Shown piece after piece: positions 14,501 to 27,100 of a stretch of 64,000 nucleotides of DNA. The notes beneath the pieces were generated by a model, which saw only the letters and a program-made list of their open reading frames with translations, had not been told where the DNA came from and made no database searches. The stretch's first letter is position 1, and the number at the start of each line of letters is the position of its first letter. A program made the position numbers and the translations under genes. Source of the stretch: Bugula neritina. Taxonomy: Eukaryota > Animalia > Bryozoa. Where the stretch lies: NCBI GenBank assembly GCA_964035545.1, contig OZ037772.1, positions 12,584,818-12,648,817 of the forward strand. The letters are read 5' to 3'.

Positions 14501-17500
14501 TCAGACTGAGAGTGGTACATTGCTAACTGTTATACTCAGACTGAGAGTGGTACATTGCTTACTCTGTATACTCAGACCGAGAGTGGTACATTGCTTACTC
14601 TGTATACTCAGACTGAGAGTGGTACATTGCTTACTCTGTATACTTGTTATCTGTGACCCTTACCCTCCACTCTCTCTCCTCATGTCCAGTAATGTTTGTA
14701 TCAGCTTGCATCACAGTGTGTTATCACTACTTACTCTACTCTGTCTTTACCACTCTGTCTCCACCACTCTGTCTCTACCACTCTGTCTCTACTATCAGTA
14801 GTGTGTTTACTAGTAGTTCTGTTTTATTATTTGTTTGTCTAGTCACCCCAGTGCATTGAGGAAGTTCAAATAGAATGACTAACTTTTCATACTTTCATTT
14901 TTATCACAAGGAAACTGTGGAAGTTTCCAATTAATTCATTTTATAAGATTCTAACATGAGACACAATATATCAAACTGTAAATGTTTGAGGCCCCTTCTC
15001 CCTATTCCCATCTTTACTAATCATTTCCATGTCAGGGGTAAAGTAAAGTTACTCACTAATGATGAGTTTGACTGTTGGAGAGTAAGACTGAATCACTCAC
15101 AGTCAGAGTAACTCATAGTAACTCTGACAAGAGTTACACAGTTAGACTGAGTTCCACTCATACAGCCCCATGTGTCCTGGAAAATCATCTTGTATTTCTA
15201 TAGATAACACCCTGCCATGTTAAAGTCTCTGCTGTACATTAACTCTTGTGATTACTACGTTACAGTACGAGGGTCAGGAGCTGACTGAGTCTGCCGGGAA
15301 GAGTTTTGATGCCGTGATATTCGACCCCTCAAAGGTCTCTCCTGAGGATTTCGCTGTAAGTGACGTTTGCATTTACTTGAACCGTTTTATTTGTGGGAGT
15401 TGTTTTCTCTAACCATCGAAGAGTAACAACAATGTTAAGTGTTGAAGGAAAGTACGAAGGTATAAACACACTAATCAGACTGACTTTTATTTAGTAAATA
15501 TTGTGAGACTGTATTAGTATGACGCAATGCTGTCAACTTATCTAAATGATAAAATGAAGAAATATATTTTTATCTGATGGCTAAATGTCTTTACTGATGT
15601 GCTGCACAACACAAATAGTAAACACTTCTGTCCAATTAAACTGAGTTATTTTTTAGTGTTTACTTTATTAATAACACTGTCCTACCGTCTGCAGCTGCAG
15701 TGTTACTAACATCAATAAAGTGATTATCACTCACTATGCTAGCTGATAAGGTGCTGATAACTCCCAATAACATCTCACTGCTTGTAGAGTCAAATAACTC
15801 TCCTGGACTTTCCCGTCTTCCAGTCTATTACTCCGAGTGAGCTCACTTCCTGCTCATGGAGTACGAAGGACAAACTAGTGAAGGCGCCACACGTAGTCCA
15901 CTTCACTCGGCGATTCAACCAGGTTAGTGCGGGTGGGGTAAACTGCGTGCCCCTTCAGTCAGTTTGTAGAAAGTGAAAATATCATGGCTATGACATGATA
16001 AAAACGACCAGCACTTCAACTTAATTTTGTACTTTTAGAAATCAAAGTAATCCTCTCTTTATAATGATTGCTCTTTGTAATTTAGTGTCTTAGTTATATA
16101 ATAGAGATGTTAATATTGAAGTTGTCTTATCTCTGCAGGTGAACTTCTGGGTGCAGATGACAATCTTGAATACACAGACTCTGCAGAAGAGGGCGGAGAT
16201 TCTGTCTCTCTTCATCAAAATAGCCAAAGTAAGGCCTTCTCTGATTGGCTGATTTATATTCATTAATAAATTGTATGACTTGTTTGTGCATCTCCTTCAA
16301 CTTTTCAAAAAAAATTTAACAATAGTCTAGTGGCCAAAATAAACTTTTTAGAGTATTTTAACTATTTCTGCTTGGCATATACCCACTGCGTAGCGCGATT
16401 TATAGTCATGTGACTTCTGCTCATGTGACCTCTAGTCATGTGACTGTATATTTATAGCAATTATATTACCTCAACAATCTCCACTCCGTGATGGCCATAA
16501 TATCCGCTTTACAAAGTGCACCCATCTTCAGACTTTCCCATACCTGGAGTGTGAGTAACTCTACTATCAGTCAGTTATACTACTATGAGTCAGTTATACG
16601 ACTACCAGTCAGTTGTACTATCAGTTAGTTATATTACTACTTGCTAATAATAGTATATTATAGACTACTAGTTCTATGAGTTATTTTATTACAATATGCT
16701 AGGTACTGATTGATAACTAATATTTGATACAGATACTATTTAGTAATAATAAATATTTACATTGATACTGCTACCAGGTACTACTAGTATTATTCAGTAC
16801 TATTACTTAGTAGTAGTAGTAGTAGCAGTAGCAGTAGTAGTAGTACTGAGAATAAATACTGATATTGAACTCTCTCACTAACTACACTTACTACTTTCAG
16901 CTCATTTCCCGGAAAGACCGGCAGACGTATGAAAAAATGGCCGACCTATTCTCCGAGGACGACAACCGGTCTAACCTGCGCACTTACATGGACTCGGTGA
17001 AGTTACCCTGCATCCCGTACCTGGGGCTATACCTCACGGACATCGTGTACATAGACATCGCACACCCCTACTCCGGGGGCATGGAGAGCAACGCACGCAA
17101 GATCAAGATGAACAACATACTCAGGGTCATTTCAGAGTTCCAGCAATCCCACTACGGTGAGAGAAGGCCAATTCCTGTTTTACGTTCTTTCTCTGTCAAG
17201 TTGGAAACAATAAATGATGGCTGCCATGTTTATTAAATATGTATAATATATATATAGTAAGTTAATGCTGTAATATATGTTTATTAAGTATGTATAATAT
17301 AGATATAGTAACTCAGTACTGTAATATATGATTAGAATTCCCGGTGATGGAGCACATCCAGAGTTATCTGCACTCTGTAAGATATATCGAGGAGTTGCAG
17401 AAGTTTCTAGAAGATGACAACTACAGACTATCTCTGCAGATTGAACCTTCGGGTGAGCTTCTGCAGATAACCTTTGAATTTAATTCTCTGAACACTGATT

Positions 17501-20034
17501 GGTCAAATCCTTAAATGATGTCATCAATAGATGTCTGCTAATTGCTTAACCAAACAAATTGCAACATGTTTATTACATTTCTCAAACAATAATTAGTATC
17601 CAATCATATCCTTGCTTACATTCATATATCCAATCATACGCAGCGTTGTATGTTACTATGCAGAGAGCAGTCAAAAGCAGAGCAAGGATGACGCACTGCT
17701 GAGTCAGACGCTGTCACACGACTGTAAAGTGACGGACTCAACCCCCGGCAGCACCCCCAATGCCAAGTTCATACCTAAACACAGAAAGACTCGCAGTTTA
17801 GGCGCCAAGTAAGTGTAAAAAGTTTGTTGGAAGCTGTGATGTCATAGTATCTTGTAATGTCACAGAATGTTGTGGCGTTTTTGTACGCAACTTCTCTTCT
17901 ATTACATATTTTCACCTTTCAACATCTTGTAATACTTTGTGGCAATCAGTGCTCATTGGTAATAATTCCTGCTGAGTATGTTGAATAGAGAAAAGTTGTA
18001 GTATTTTAGCTTGTCACCAACAATACACTGCAGTTAGTCCTGCTGTAGTTAGTCCTGCTGCAGTTAGTCCTGCTGCAGTTAGTCCTGCTGTAGTTAGTCC
18101 TGCTGCAGTTAGTCCTGCTGCAGTTAGTCCTGCTGCAGATAGTCCTGCTGCAGTTAGTCCTGCTGCAGTTAGTCCTGCTGCAGTTAGTCCTGCTGCAGAT
18201 AGTCCTGCTGCAGATAGTCCTGCTGCAGTTAATCCTGCTGCAGTTAGTCCTGCTGCAGTTAATCCTGCTGCAGTTAGTCCTGCTGCAGTTAGTCCTGCTG
18301 CAGTTAGTCCTGCTGCAGATAGTCCTGCTGCAGTTAGTCCTGCTGCAGTTAGTCCTGCTGCAGTTAGTTCAGATGCTCATGTGATTTGTATTTCATTGAC
18401 CTCTCCTTGCAGCATGTCCTCTAAACATGGAGATTTTGACAGAACTCAGAGCCTCCCAGTTGGTGCTTCTACTCCTCAGAGACATCTGATTGGTCAGTTT
18501 ACACTTCTCTGCTCTCAGCTCATTGGCTGAGTGGATGTTAACTCACATGCTATTGGTCAACTACTGTTTACTCTCACATCCTATGTTAACTATCATGTGG
18601 GTCAGCCTTTTCATGATATTTTGCTATTAGTTCAACATTATCACATCATAATTCAAAGACGCAGAGCAATAGAACTTAGTATTTGATATCTTAGAGTAGC
18701 ATCTGGCTCTGATATCTTATATATAACAGGGTGAGCTGTAGTGCCTCACGTCTGCTGTACGTGTGTTTGCAGACGACAGTGTGTTAGAGGTAGCCAGTCT
18801 CCATTCCAGCATCTGCTCCGTAACCCGTGGCTCTGACTCTCTCAGTCCTGAGAAGATGTGGGACGTGGAGACGGACTCCTTCTCCGAGAGCTCAGATCTC
18901 GATCTATTTGCCGGAGTTCTTAAGCGGAAAACTGTTTTAAAAAAGGGACGCAAGCCGCGCGTCTCCCAATGGAAGAAATACTGGGTGCAGATTTGGGGCA
19001 CAAACCTTCTCTATTATTCAGCTAAAACTTCAAAGGCTACGCAGAGATCTGAAGTAAGTAGAACTAAGGCTATGCAGATTTATGACCACATTTTCTGTAT
19101 TTATATTGAATATTCAAACTGGTGCTGATGGTGCTACTAACTCACGATGTCTCCAGTCTACTTTTTCTTTTCTTCCTGTCATTTGACCTTTATTTGACCT
19201 CTGAACTGCACTGTTTCCCCGCAGTTCAAGACCAACCCTATGAAGATGCAGTCAATAGTAGGCTGGATGGTGATTCATTGCCCCAGAGACGGCGACGAAG
19301 CGGAACACTTCAAGATAACCAGCGGGGAGGGGTCAGTGTACAAGTTTCTTGCTGCCACCCCTACCGCCAGTATGTGGGCTCAGAAACTTCAGGCTACAGC
19401 TGCCTCTCACAACCCCAAGGTTTGTACATCTCTATACTATACTATATGCTCTGTATTACTCTATACTCTATATTCTATACTATATATTATACTATACTCT
19501 ACACTATACTGTATTATACTATACTACTATATACTCTACAATATACTATACTCTATACTATACACTATATACTATACTACTATATACTATACTATACTTT
19601 ATACTATACTTCATACTATACTATACTATACTATATATTATACTATACACTATATACTCTACAATATAATCTATACTATACTGTTAGGTTCCTAAACCCT
19701 CTCAGGTAAGAAGCTAACAGGTACATCAGATGAAGGATTGTCTACTATTAGTTGTGACTCTGATTTTCCCAATTATATGCTCTCAGCTCTGTCAGAAGCT
19801 CCAGTTGATTCTGCAAGTTTAAAATTTGTTATTTCGTGAAATTCATAATTGAATGTAATTCTCATCATACGAACATCTCAACTCAAATCAGACTATCTGC
19901 CAACTCAGACATCTCGGATGTGAGCTGTTTCAAAATACTGATAAATAATTCTTCTTTGAGCTTCTCATAAACACTGCTTATGCTCTCCCTATGTTATATT
20001 GTAGGTGCCTGAGAACCTAATCCACTTCCACTAA
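11545..20034 (+). CDS. RALGPS1: Ras-specific guanine nucleotide-releasing factor RalGPS (CDC25/RasGEF domain plus C-terminal PH domain)
   Basis: Core exons: 15266-15355, 15788-15922, 16139-16228, 16458-16550, 16901-17156, 17336-17452, 17664-17808, 18413-18492, 18773-19053, 19225-19419, 20005-20034. Putative 5' coding exons 11545-11640 and 12600-12689 are less certain. Diagnostic motifs: [87 protein letters not shown] domain [24 protein letters not shown]-terminus PENLIHFH. Co-orthologue of RALGPS1/2. Confidence 0.93.
13676..13689. promoter_or_regulatory. RFX X-box (perfect palindrome GTTGCTATAGCAAC)
   Basis: Exact match to the X-box consensus, in a RalGPS intron; function is inferred. Confidence 0.4.
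13750..14643. repeat. 36-bp minisatellite (TTGCTTACTCTGTATACTCAGACTGAGAGTG/TTACA)n, about 25 copies, in a RalGPS intron
   Basis: Directly visible; it generates the spurious ORFs [12 protein letters not shown] and [12 protein letters not shown]. Confidence 0.95.
18029..18368. repeat. 15-bp minisatellite (GCAGTTAGTCCTGCT)n, about 22 copies, in a RalGPS intron
   Basis: Directly visible; it ends about 45 bp before the acceptor at 18412. Confidence 0.95.
19429..19683. repeat. Degenerate (CTATA)n microsatellite just after the donor at 19419
   Basis: Directly visible; source of the Y/I/L/T-rich spurious ORFs. Confidence 0.9.
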
Positions 20035-21184
20035 CAGACGAGCGGGGCGTTGCCCTAGCCCCCCACCCCTAACCAGCTATGCTAACCAACTATCTAGTCA
20101 TAACGCAATACGGACTCTACAATATGCCTCGCATATGGCAATGTGAAGTTGTCTTCTTTATTCTCCGGTAGATTTATTTCTCTTAAAAACAGCATGGCGG
20201 ATTCACTCATAACCAATGATACAATGAAATATTACCGTTCACAATGAGAATGTAACTCTAATCTATGTTTCCCTATTACCTATCTGTTGACAATCCTTGC
20301 ATGGTGACACCAATTAACCTGTTCAACTTATTTCATTTTCTATTTGCACATTTAAATCTGTAATGCATTTCATAAATAAGTCATCATTCAACTTTATTTC
20401 TGTGTAGACATTTTAACCCAATGTTGTGACTTTATGTCGTGACTGCATGTTGTGACACAATGTCATATAATAATATGTATGTAAATCTCTACTCCAGCTA
20501 CATGTTAGCTGCAGACACCAGGATATCTTGTGAATACATCTATCATCTGTTTAACTTTGGATTACTAAATTATGTTCTTTGCATGGAATTTTTTTCTCGT
20601 AGTAAATCAATGTGAAACACAGCTAGCGACTTCCACACCATTCTTGTAGTACTAATTCACTAGGTTGTCTTCTGTGATGAATTTAATTTAGTTTTTTGAA
20701 GCTGTGAATTCAAAGTAAAGACATTAAAATACGAGAGTGGTTAAGCAGTTGGTAGTTGTGCTCTCTCTACTCAATCTATACTGTATATTCACATGTTCCT
20801 GACCACTGCAGGCTGGGTAACACTTTTGGTGTATAATAGCATTTTTCAGAGGTTATGTTGAAAATTTTTTAATTAAAAAAATCAATATAATATAATAAAT
20901 AATATAATAAAATAATATTCTATGTAACTTTTAAATAAATTGTAAAACAATTGGATGGATTAGTTTGTACTCTGAGAACACGAAATGCAACAACATTTTG
21001 GTTTAAAATTTACTCTTTAATTTAACCAGCAGAAGAAAAAAAATGAACGTTTTGGAAGGTTACTAAGTTCAATGTCAAGTTGCAATTCATTGAAGATATG
21101 CCAATTGTAAGTCACTGAGCAGTATATTCTAGTAATAGGACCTGTCTTTCTCTTAACTTTAAAGCAGTTGTCTTTCCCTTACTT

Positions 21185-24100
21185 CTAGAAAACTTTGCTA
21201 ATGGTTCTTTTTGACATTTGATCTTTCTGTTTGAAGTCTTTAATGATAGCTTGCTGCTGTGTGAGAGAAGCCTGGCTCAGCAGCTGATCAGCAAAGAACA
21301 GAGCCTGTAAAATACATATAGTTATATTCGACCTTGACCTTAGATGCTTGACCTCGCAGCGTGCAGGGTACAGTCAGCTTGTGTGAAGAGTTACCTTTGG
21401 CGCACTGACGGTCTGTATTCCCACGCTCTTGGTCAGAACTCTCTTCAAACTGCCTAGTCTGGTTGTCTCCGATAAGCCTTTAGTTCTGTCTATGTTGGTA
21501 GGGATATTCTGTGTGGGGCGGGGCACTAACCCGAGGTCTCCTACAAGTATGTAGACTCAGTTGGCTCATATATGAAATATTTAGACTGAATTTGTCTCTG
21601 TCAATTCACTACTACTTTATTTATTTTTTCGCTAAAACGTGTGATATTTAGCGCACTCTCTATAGCTTAGTTCTTGAAATTATTGAAAATAATCATATTT
21701 TCTTACAACTTTTACTCAATTTTTAGACAAACCAACTTTAACTTGAATTATCTAACTGCAACTAATTCAAACAATCTCAGTCACCATGGAAACGAGACAA
21801 ACTGATCCAATGTAAGATTGTGGTCACACACCGCCGCCCTTACCTAGCTTGTAGTGAGGAGTTGTGGGTCTCTGTACACCTGATGCCGAGGAATCTGCTG
21901 ACCCTGCGCTCTTCTGCAGACTTCGACGGCTGCCGGGCATTTCACTCAGAGCACTCTTAGATCTGTGGGAGGAGACAACTCATAAAACACAACGCAGAGT
22001 GTATTTTAATCAGCCAGAAACTTGCTACTTGTTGATGGATTTCAAGACATGATTTGGAAGTCAGCAAATTTGTATCGAGATTAAGATGAGAAGTGAAGAA
22101 AGTGGACTCAACCAAACCCATGCTAATCAAACTATGTTGGTTTATTTGATACTGAGCTAAAAGTTGTCTGAGGGGCAATCATTGGCTGATTCTACCGTGC
22201 ACGTAGCTGAAAGGCCAATTAGAAAGCAGACTAGATAGAGTAGCAGAAAGAGTACTAGGAGTATTTATTCTCAGCAGTCAACAGTCAGCTTCCTGACAGA
22301 AGGAATGTTTTAAATACTGCTATGTTGAGTGCATACTAGAGTCATGAGTGTGGCTATGTTAGGGCTGAGTTGGTAGATGTTAGGGCTGTGTTGGTAGATG
22401 TTAGAGCTGAGTTGGTAGATGTTAGAGCTGTGTTGATCACTAACTTGCTAATACTGATTAATCATTATATCCTTCTGAGTTCGTATTCTGCATACTAAAT
22501 GGAAAAATAATCAATTCCAAACGCAGAACACTACAAAGATAATCCACAGCAAGAATTTACAGAGTTAATCTACAGCGAGAACTTACACAGTTAATCTACA
22601 GTGAGAATCTACAGAGAAAATGAGCAGAAGAAATCTAGTTGTTCAACTGGGAAACTTACTAATCAGAAGTCTCTAAACTTACCGGCAAATATCTTTGAAC
22701 CTAACCCTTCAGTATAAACAAAACATTCACATCAGCTCTACCATAGTAGAAACTAGCTAGCTACACTACAGTCCACCTTAAACATGCTAAAACTCGCTCT
22801 GGAACTCAAACTATACAGCATTTGTCAGAACGAAATCTGATTATAAAATGTAGTGAGTGTAATTTTTGTAATATTACTTTGAAATAATTGCAGAGGTACA
22901 ACGTATAGAAAAGCATTTATTCAACAGCTTGAACTCTCAGAAAATAGATCAAACCCTAAACTCAACAGAAAATAACATTGAATGCTTTTATTTGTTATAT
23001 GTGACAGCCAAGGTACTACGTGGTACTACGATGACTAAATAACTCAGTGTCGGCCATATTGTAACTGCGCTGCAGTGAGACTGAATTTCACTTTGATTTT
23101 ATCGAACTGACACATTTACACTGCACTCTGGTAAGTATGGCTTGCTGTATTAACTCGTATATAGATCCATATTGAATTTTGACTGTCAGTATCACTTTGA
23201 TAGAGTGAGATAGCCTGCTGGCACTATGAGTAAATGTGACTGATAACAAAATATACTTTCTGAAAAAAAACTTATTTCAATAACTTGTACTCCCTATGAC
23301 TATACGGCAGTGAATCACTGTAACTATGAAACAGTGAATCACAATGACTACAACAGTAACTAACTGTAACTATGAAGTAGAAACTCACCATGACTATGCT
23401 ACAGTGAATTACTGTAACTATGAAATAGTAATTCACTATAACTATGCTACAGTGAATCACGATAAATATGAAACAGTGAATAACTATGACTAATCTATGT
23501 TGCAAAGACTAACCTCATCAACTCGTACTGTTTGCCCATATCCTGAGGAGCTGGCCCTATCCCGATGGCTGCTGCTGAGTTCAGTATGATTAGCAGGTGT
23601 TCCAACATGTTGTCTCTCTTCTCTGCGTCTGTCAGCTCCACCTCCCCGTCCCACGCAAACTGCGTCTACAAGACGAACTTCACTGACTTCAATGCAGCAT
23701 CAAACAATTCTCCTTTTTCAACTTTGGACTACTAATTTATAAATTAATGCCTGACTTTTACAGCAAATCTTATGGCAGAGTTACGTGTCTTCATCTAACT
23801 TTCACTATCAGTATTTAATTTTATATTAACAGTAAACATGGTGCATGAGCTAAGTGCCTATTCAAACTTATATCAGCAGTATTCAACCCCAACCTAAAAG
23901 ACATGAATTCAACACGCAGCAGCAGCAGAACTGGAAAAGCAGCACACTACACTAACGAGTCAGCAGGAATGGCAGCAGTGAGACTCAGCACTTACAGTCA
24001 GCACCATCTTGAGAGAGGCAGCGGCATCACTCAGCACCTTCTCCACCTTGGTTCTCCTCCTCTTGTGCTCCCGAGTCTCATCTCTCAGTCTCTGAGTCTC

Positions 24101-27100
24101 GGCTTGCATCAGCTCGTTGTCCTTGTTCAGCAGCTCCAGCTCCTCTCTGTAGACAAGTCTCATAGCAACTCACTCAAGTATGTCAAGTCTCATAGCAACT
24201 CACTCAAGTATGTCAAGTACCTAACAGCTCACTCAAGTATGTCAAGTACATAGCAACTCACTCAAGTAAGTTAAGTACCTAGCAACTTAGTTCTGTCAAG
24301 TATGTCAAGTACTAATGTCTATTAAGTATTCAAGTCTATCAATTACTTGAGTCTCTCAAGTATTTAAGTTAATCAAGTATTTCAGTCTATAAAGTACTAA
24401 ATTATGTCAAGTTCATTAAATTATGTTCATTAAGTACTCAAGTCTATCAAGTACACTAAGTATACCAACTACTCATACATTGGGTTAACCATGTACATCA
24501 ATTGTACAAAGTTGGTGAACAGCACTTTAATTCCTATATTGAATTTATGTTTCCCAACTGTTTGCAGACTGACTTATTTTATAAATGACAACTCCATATT
24601 GAAACAAAGTACTTTAGTTTTACGGGTCTAGTATGTTACACACTAAAGTGTTTATTTATCACAGTATATGCAGCATTTCATAGTTAAAACATATAAATCC
24701 AGTTTAAAATAGGCTGATTTCAACCTCGTACTTAGTATGAATTATGAACCCCCTCTTCTTTCCTGCAAGTAAGTGAAAGAGACACAAGCTATCTCAGGTT
24801 ACACATTCACTAGTATCTCCTCAGTCACAAACCTTTGACTTTCTCTCTGTTGTCTCAGCAAGTCCAACTCAGCTTCCATTTCCTGTATAGCCTCTTCTCT
24901 CATCTCGTACTCGGCCAGCAGCGCCTCTTGACCTAAACACCAATCAATGCTCAGTACGTATGTAATCAGCCAATCAGCAGTCATAACACACATATTCAAC
25001 CAATCAGCAGTCGTAACACACATATTCGACCAATCACCACCTGGAATAGTGACCCACCCTTAGTCTTCTCTGTCAACATCCTAATAATCTTCTGATTACT
25101 CAGATGTTTCTTAGACAACTCCTTCTCGTTGTGTTCCAGTATCTCAATCTGCTGCCGCTGCTTCTTGTCCTTTGCCTTCAAGTCATCATTTTCCTACATT
25201 GAAACAAAAATCTGCCATCTTGTAACATGAATGAAGAGTACACCTTTTCATAACAATAAGAGAAATGCTTGTTTACATCCGGTAACCATAGCAACTCTGG
25301 AATGTGAAGGAAACATTATAACAACTTGACTAACAGCTATTTACTAACATGATTGTAGCAAATGGTGTTTGTTTTAGATTCATGTCAATACATAGGTGAA
25401 GATACGAACAGCAAAGTCCACACTAAATAAAGTGAAAAGCGACTTTATTTCTTTAAAAAAGCAATGAAAGAAAGTATAACTGAAAATACTCCTTAATCAG
25501 AAAAAAATAGGTGCAAATATAATTGTCAGGACCTGAGGCTACGCAATAACTAACGGAAAGAGGCTACAGGAAGTTACAGCCGTATCTTTTATTTAAGAGT
25601 CACAAACCTGAATCATTTCCAGCGTCTTGTCGGACATTTTGGTGAGCTGAGCGTTTATAGCAACGTTCTCTCTGATTGTGCGTTTGGTCGTCTCCGCCAT
25701 CTGCTTGTTGGAAACTTTTCTAAACTCTGCGGCCACTTGGTTGACCCTCATCACCATCTCCTTCTTCAGTCTGCATAGAGAAAGAACTCGGGCTATGCAA
25801 TGTGCTAACTGAACCCTTTTACATATGCAGTCTGTAGCAAACTACTATAGTTTAAACGCAGCATAAAACAGTTGGCAAAGATGATTGTACAATTAAATAA
25901 ATTTTAGAATTTTACTCGCTAAGTATGACATTAAAAAAGCAAATCTCCTCTAAAACTAACGACTTTCTATAAAAAGGTGAGGGAATAGACTTTGTTGAGT
26001 CAACTCTTGCAGCTTATGGCTGGGTTGATAGTAGCCACATTCCCAAATCAAATAGTAATAAGATCTCAGTCTAAATTTACCTGTCTTTGTCTACAACTGC
26101 TTTCCTGTCCAACTCGTAGAGTTTCTCCCGATGCTCAATGTCTTTCTCCACCAACTCTCTCTCCATTCTCTCCAAGTTTCCCATCAACTCATCCTTTTTA
26201 TACTTGAAGTCATCGAGAGAAGACAACTTTGCATCTGATTAAAAAATCAAAGAAAGTTTGTGAATAACAAGATTGTTTTAAAATGCAAATGTGTCATCTT
26301 GAACTGTGTTTTATGTGTGAAAACTGTTTGTATTTTTATAATTACAGCTAAATTTGTAGTCATTGAGAATCTAATATTAGACACACAGTTACACACTATC
26401 TAATATTAGACACACAGTTACACACTATCTAATATTAGACACACAGTTACACACTATCTAATACTAGACACACAGTTACACACTGTCTAATACTAGACAC
26501 ACAGTTACACACTATCTAATATTAGACACACAGTTACCCATTGTCTAATATTAGACACACAGTTACACACTATCTAATACTAGACATACAGTTACACACT
26601 ATCTAATATTAGACACACAGTTACTCACTGAGTAGGGTGTTTTCACTCTGCAGTTTATCTTTTGTGTCTTGAGCCTCATTCCTGAGCTGCTGCATTTGAG
26701 TTTCATGATTTTCTCTGTCCGCCTCTTTAGCTTGCTGTAAATAAGTCATCCACCATCTATGTATGCTAGTATTACACTATGTATGCTAGTATTATACTAT
26801 GTATGCTAGTATTACACTATGTATGCTAGTATTACACTATGTATGCTAGTATTACACTATGTATGCTAGTATTACACTATGTATGCTAGTATTAAACTAT
26901 GTATGCTAGTATTACACTATGTATGCTAGTATTATACTATGTATGCTAGTATTACACTATGTATGCTAGTATTATACTACTATGTATGCTAGTATTACAC
27001 TACGTATGCTAGTATTACACTATGTATGCTAGTATTACACTATGTATGCTAGTATTACACTATGTATGCTAGTATTACACTATGTATGCTAGTATTACAC

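Noticed and set aside
13692-14859. Long repetitive ORFs (245 aa and others)
   Set aside because: Translations of the 36-bp intronic array; no non-repeat domain or splice support.
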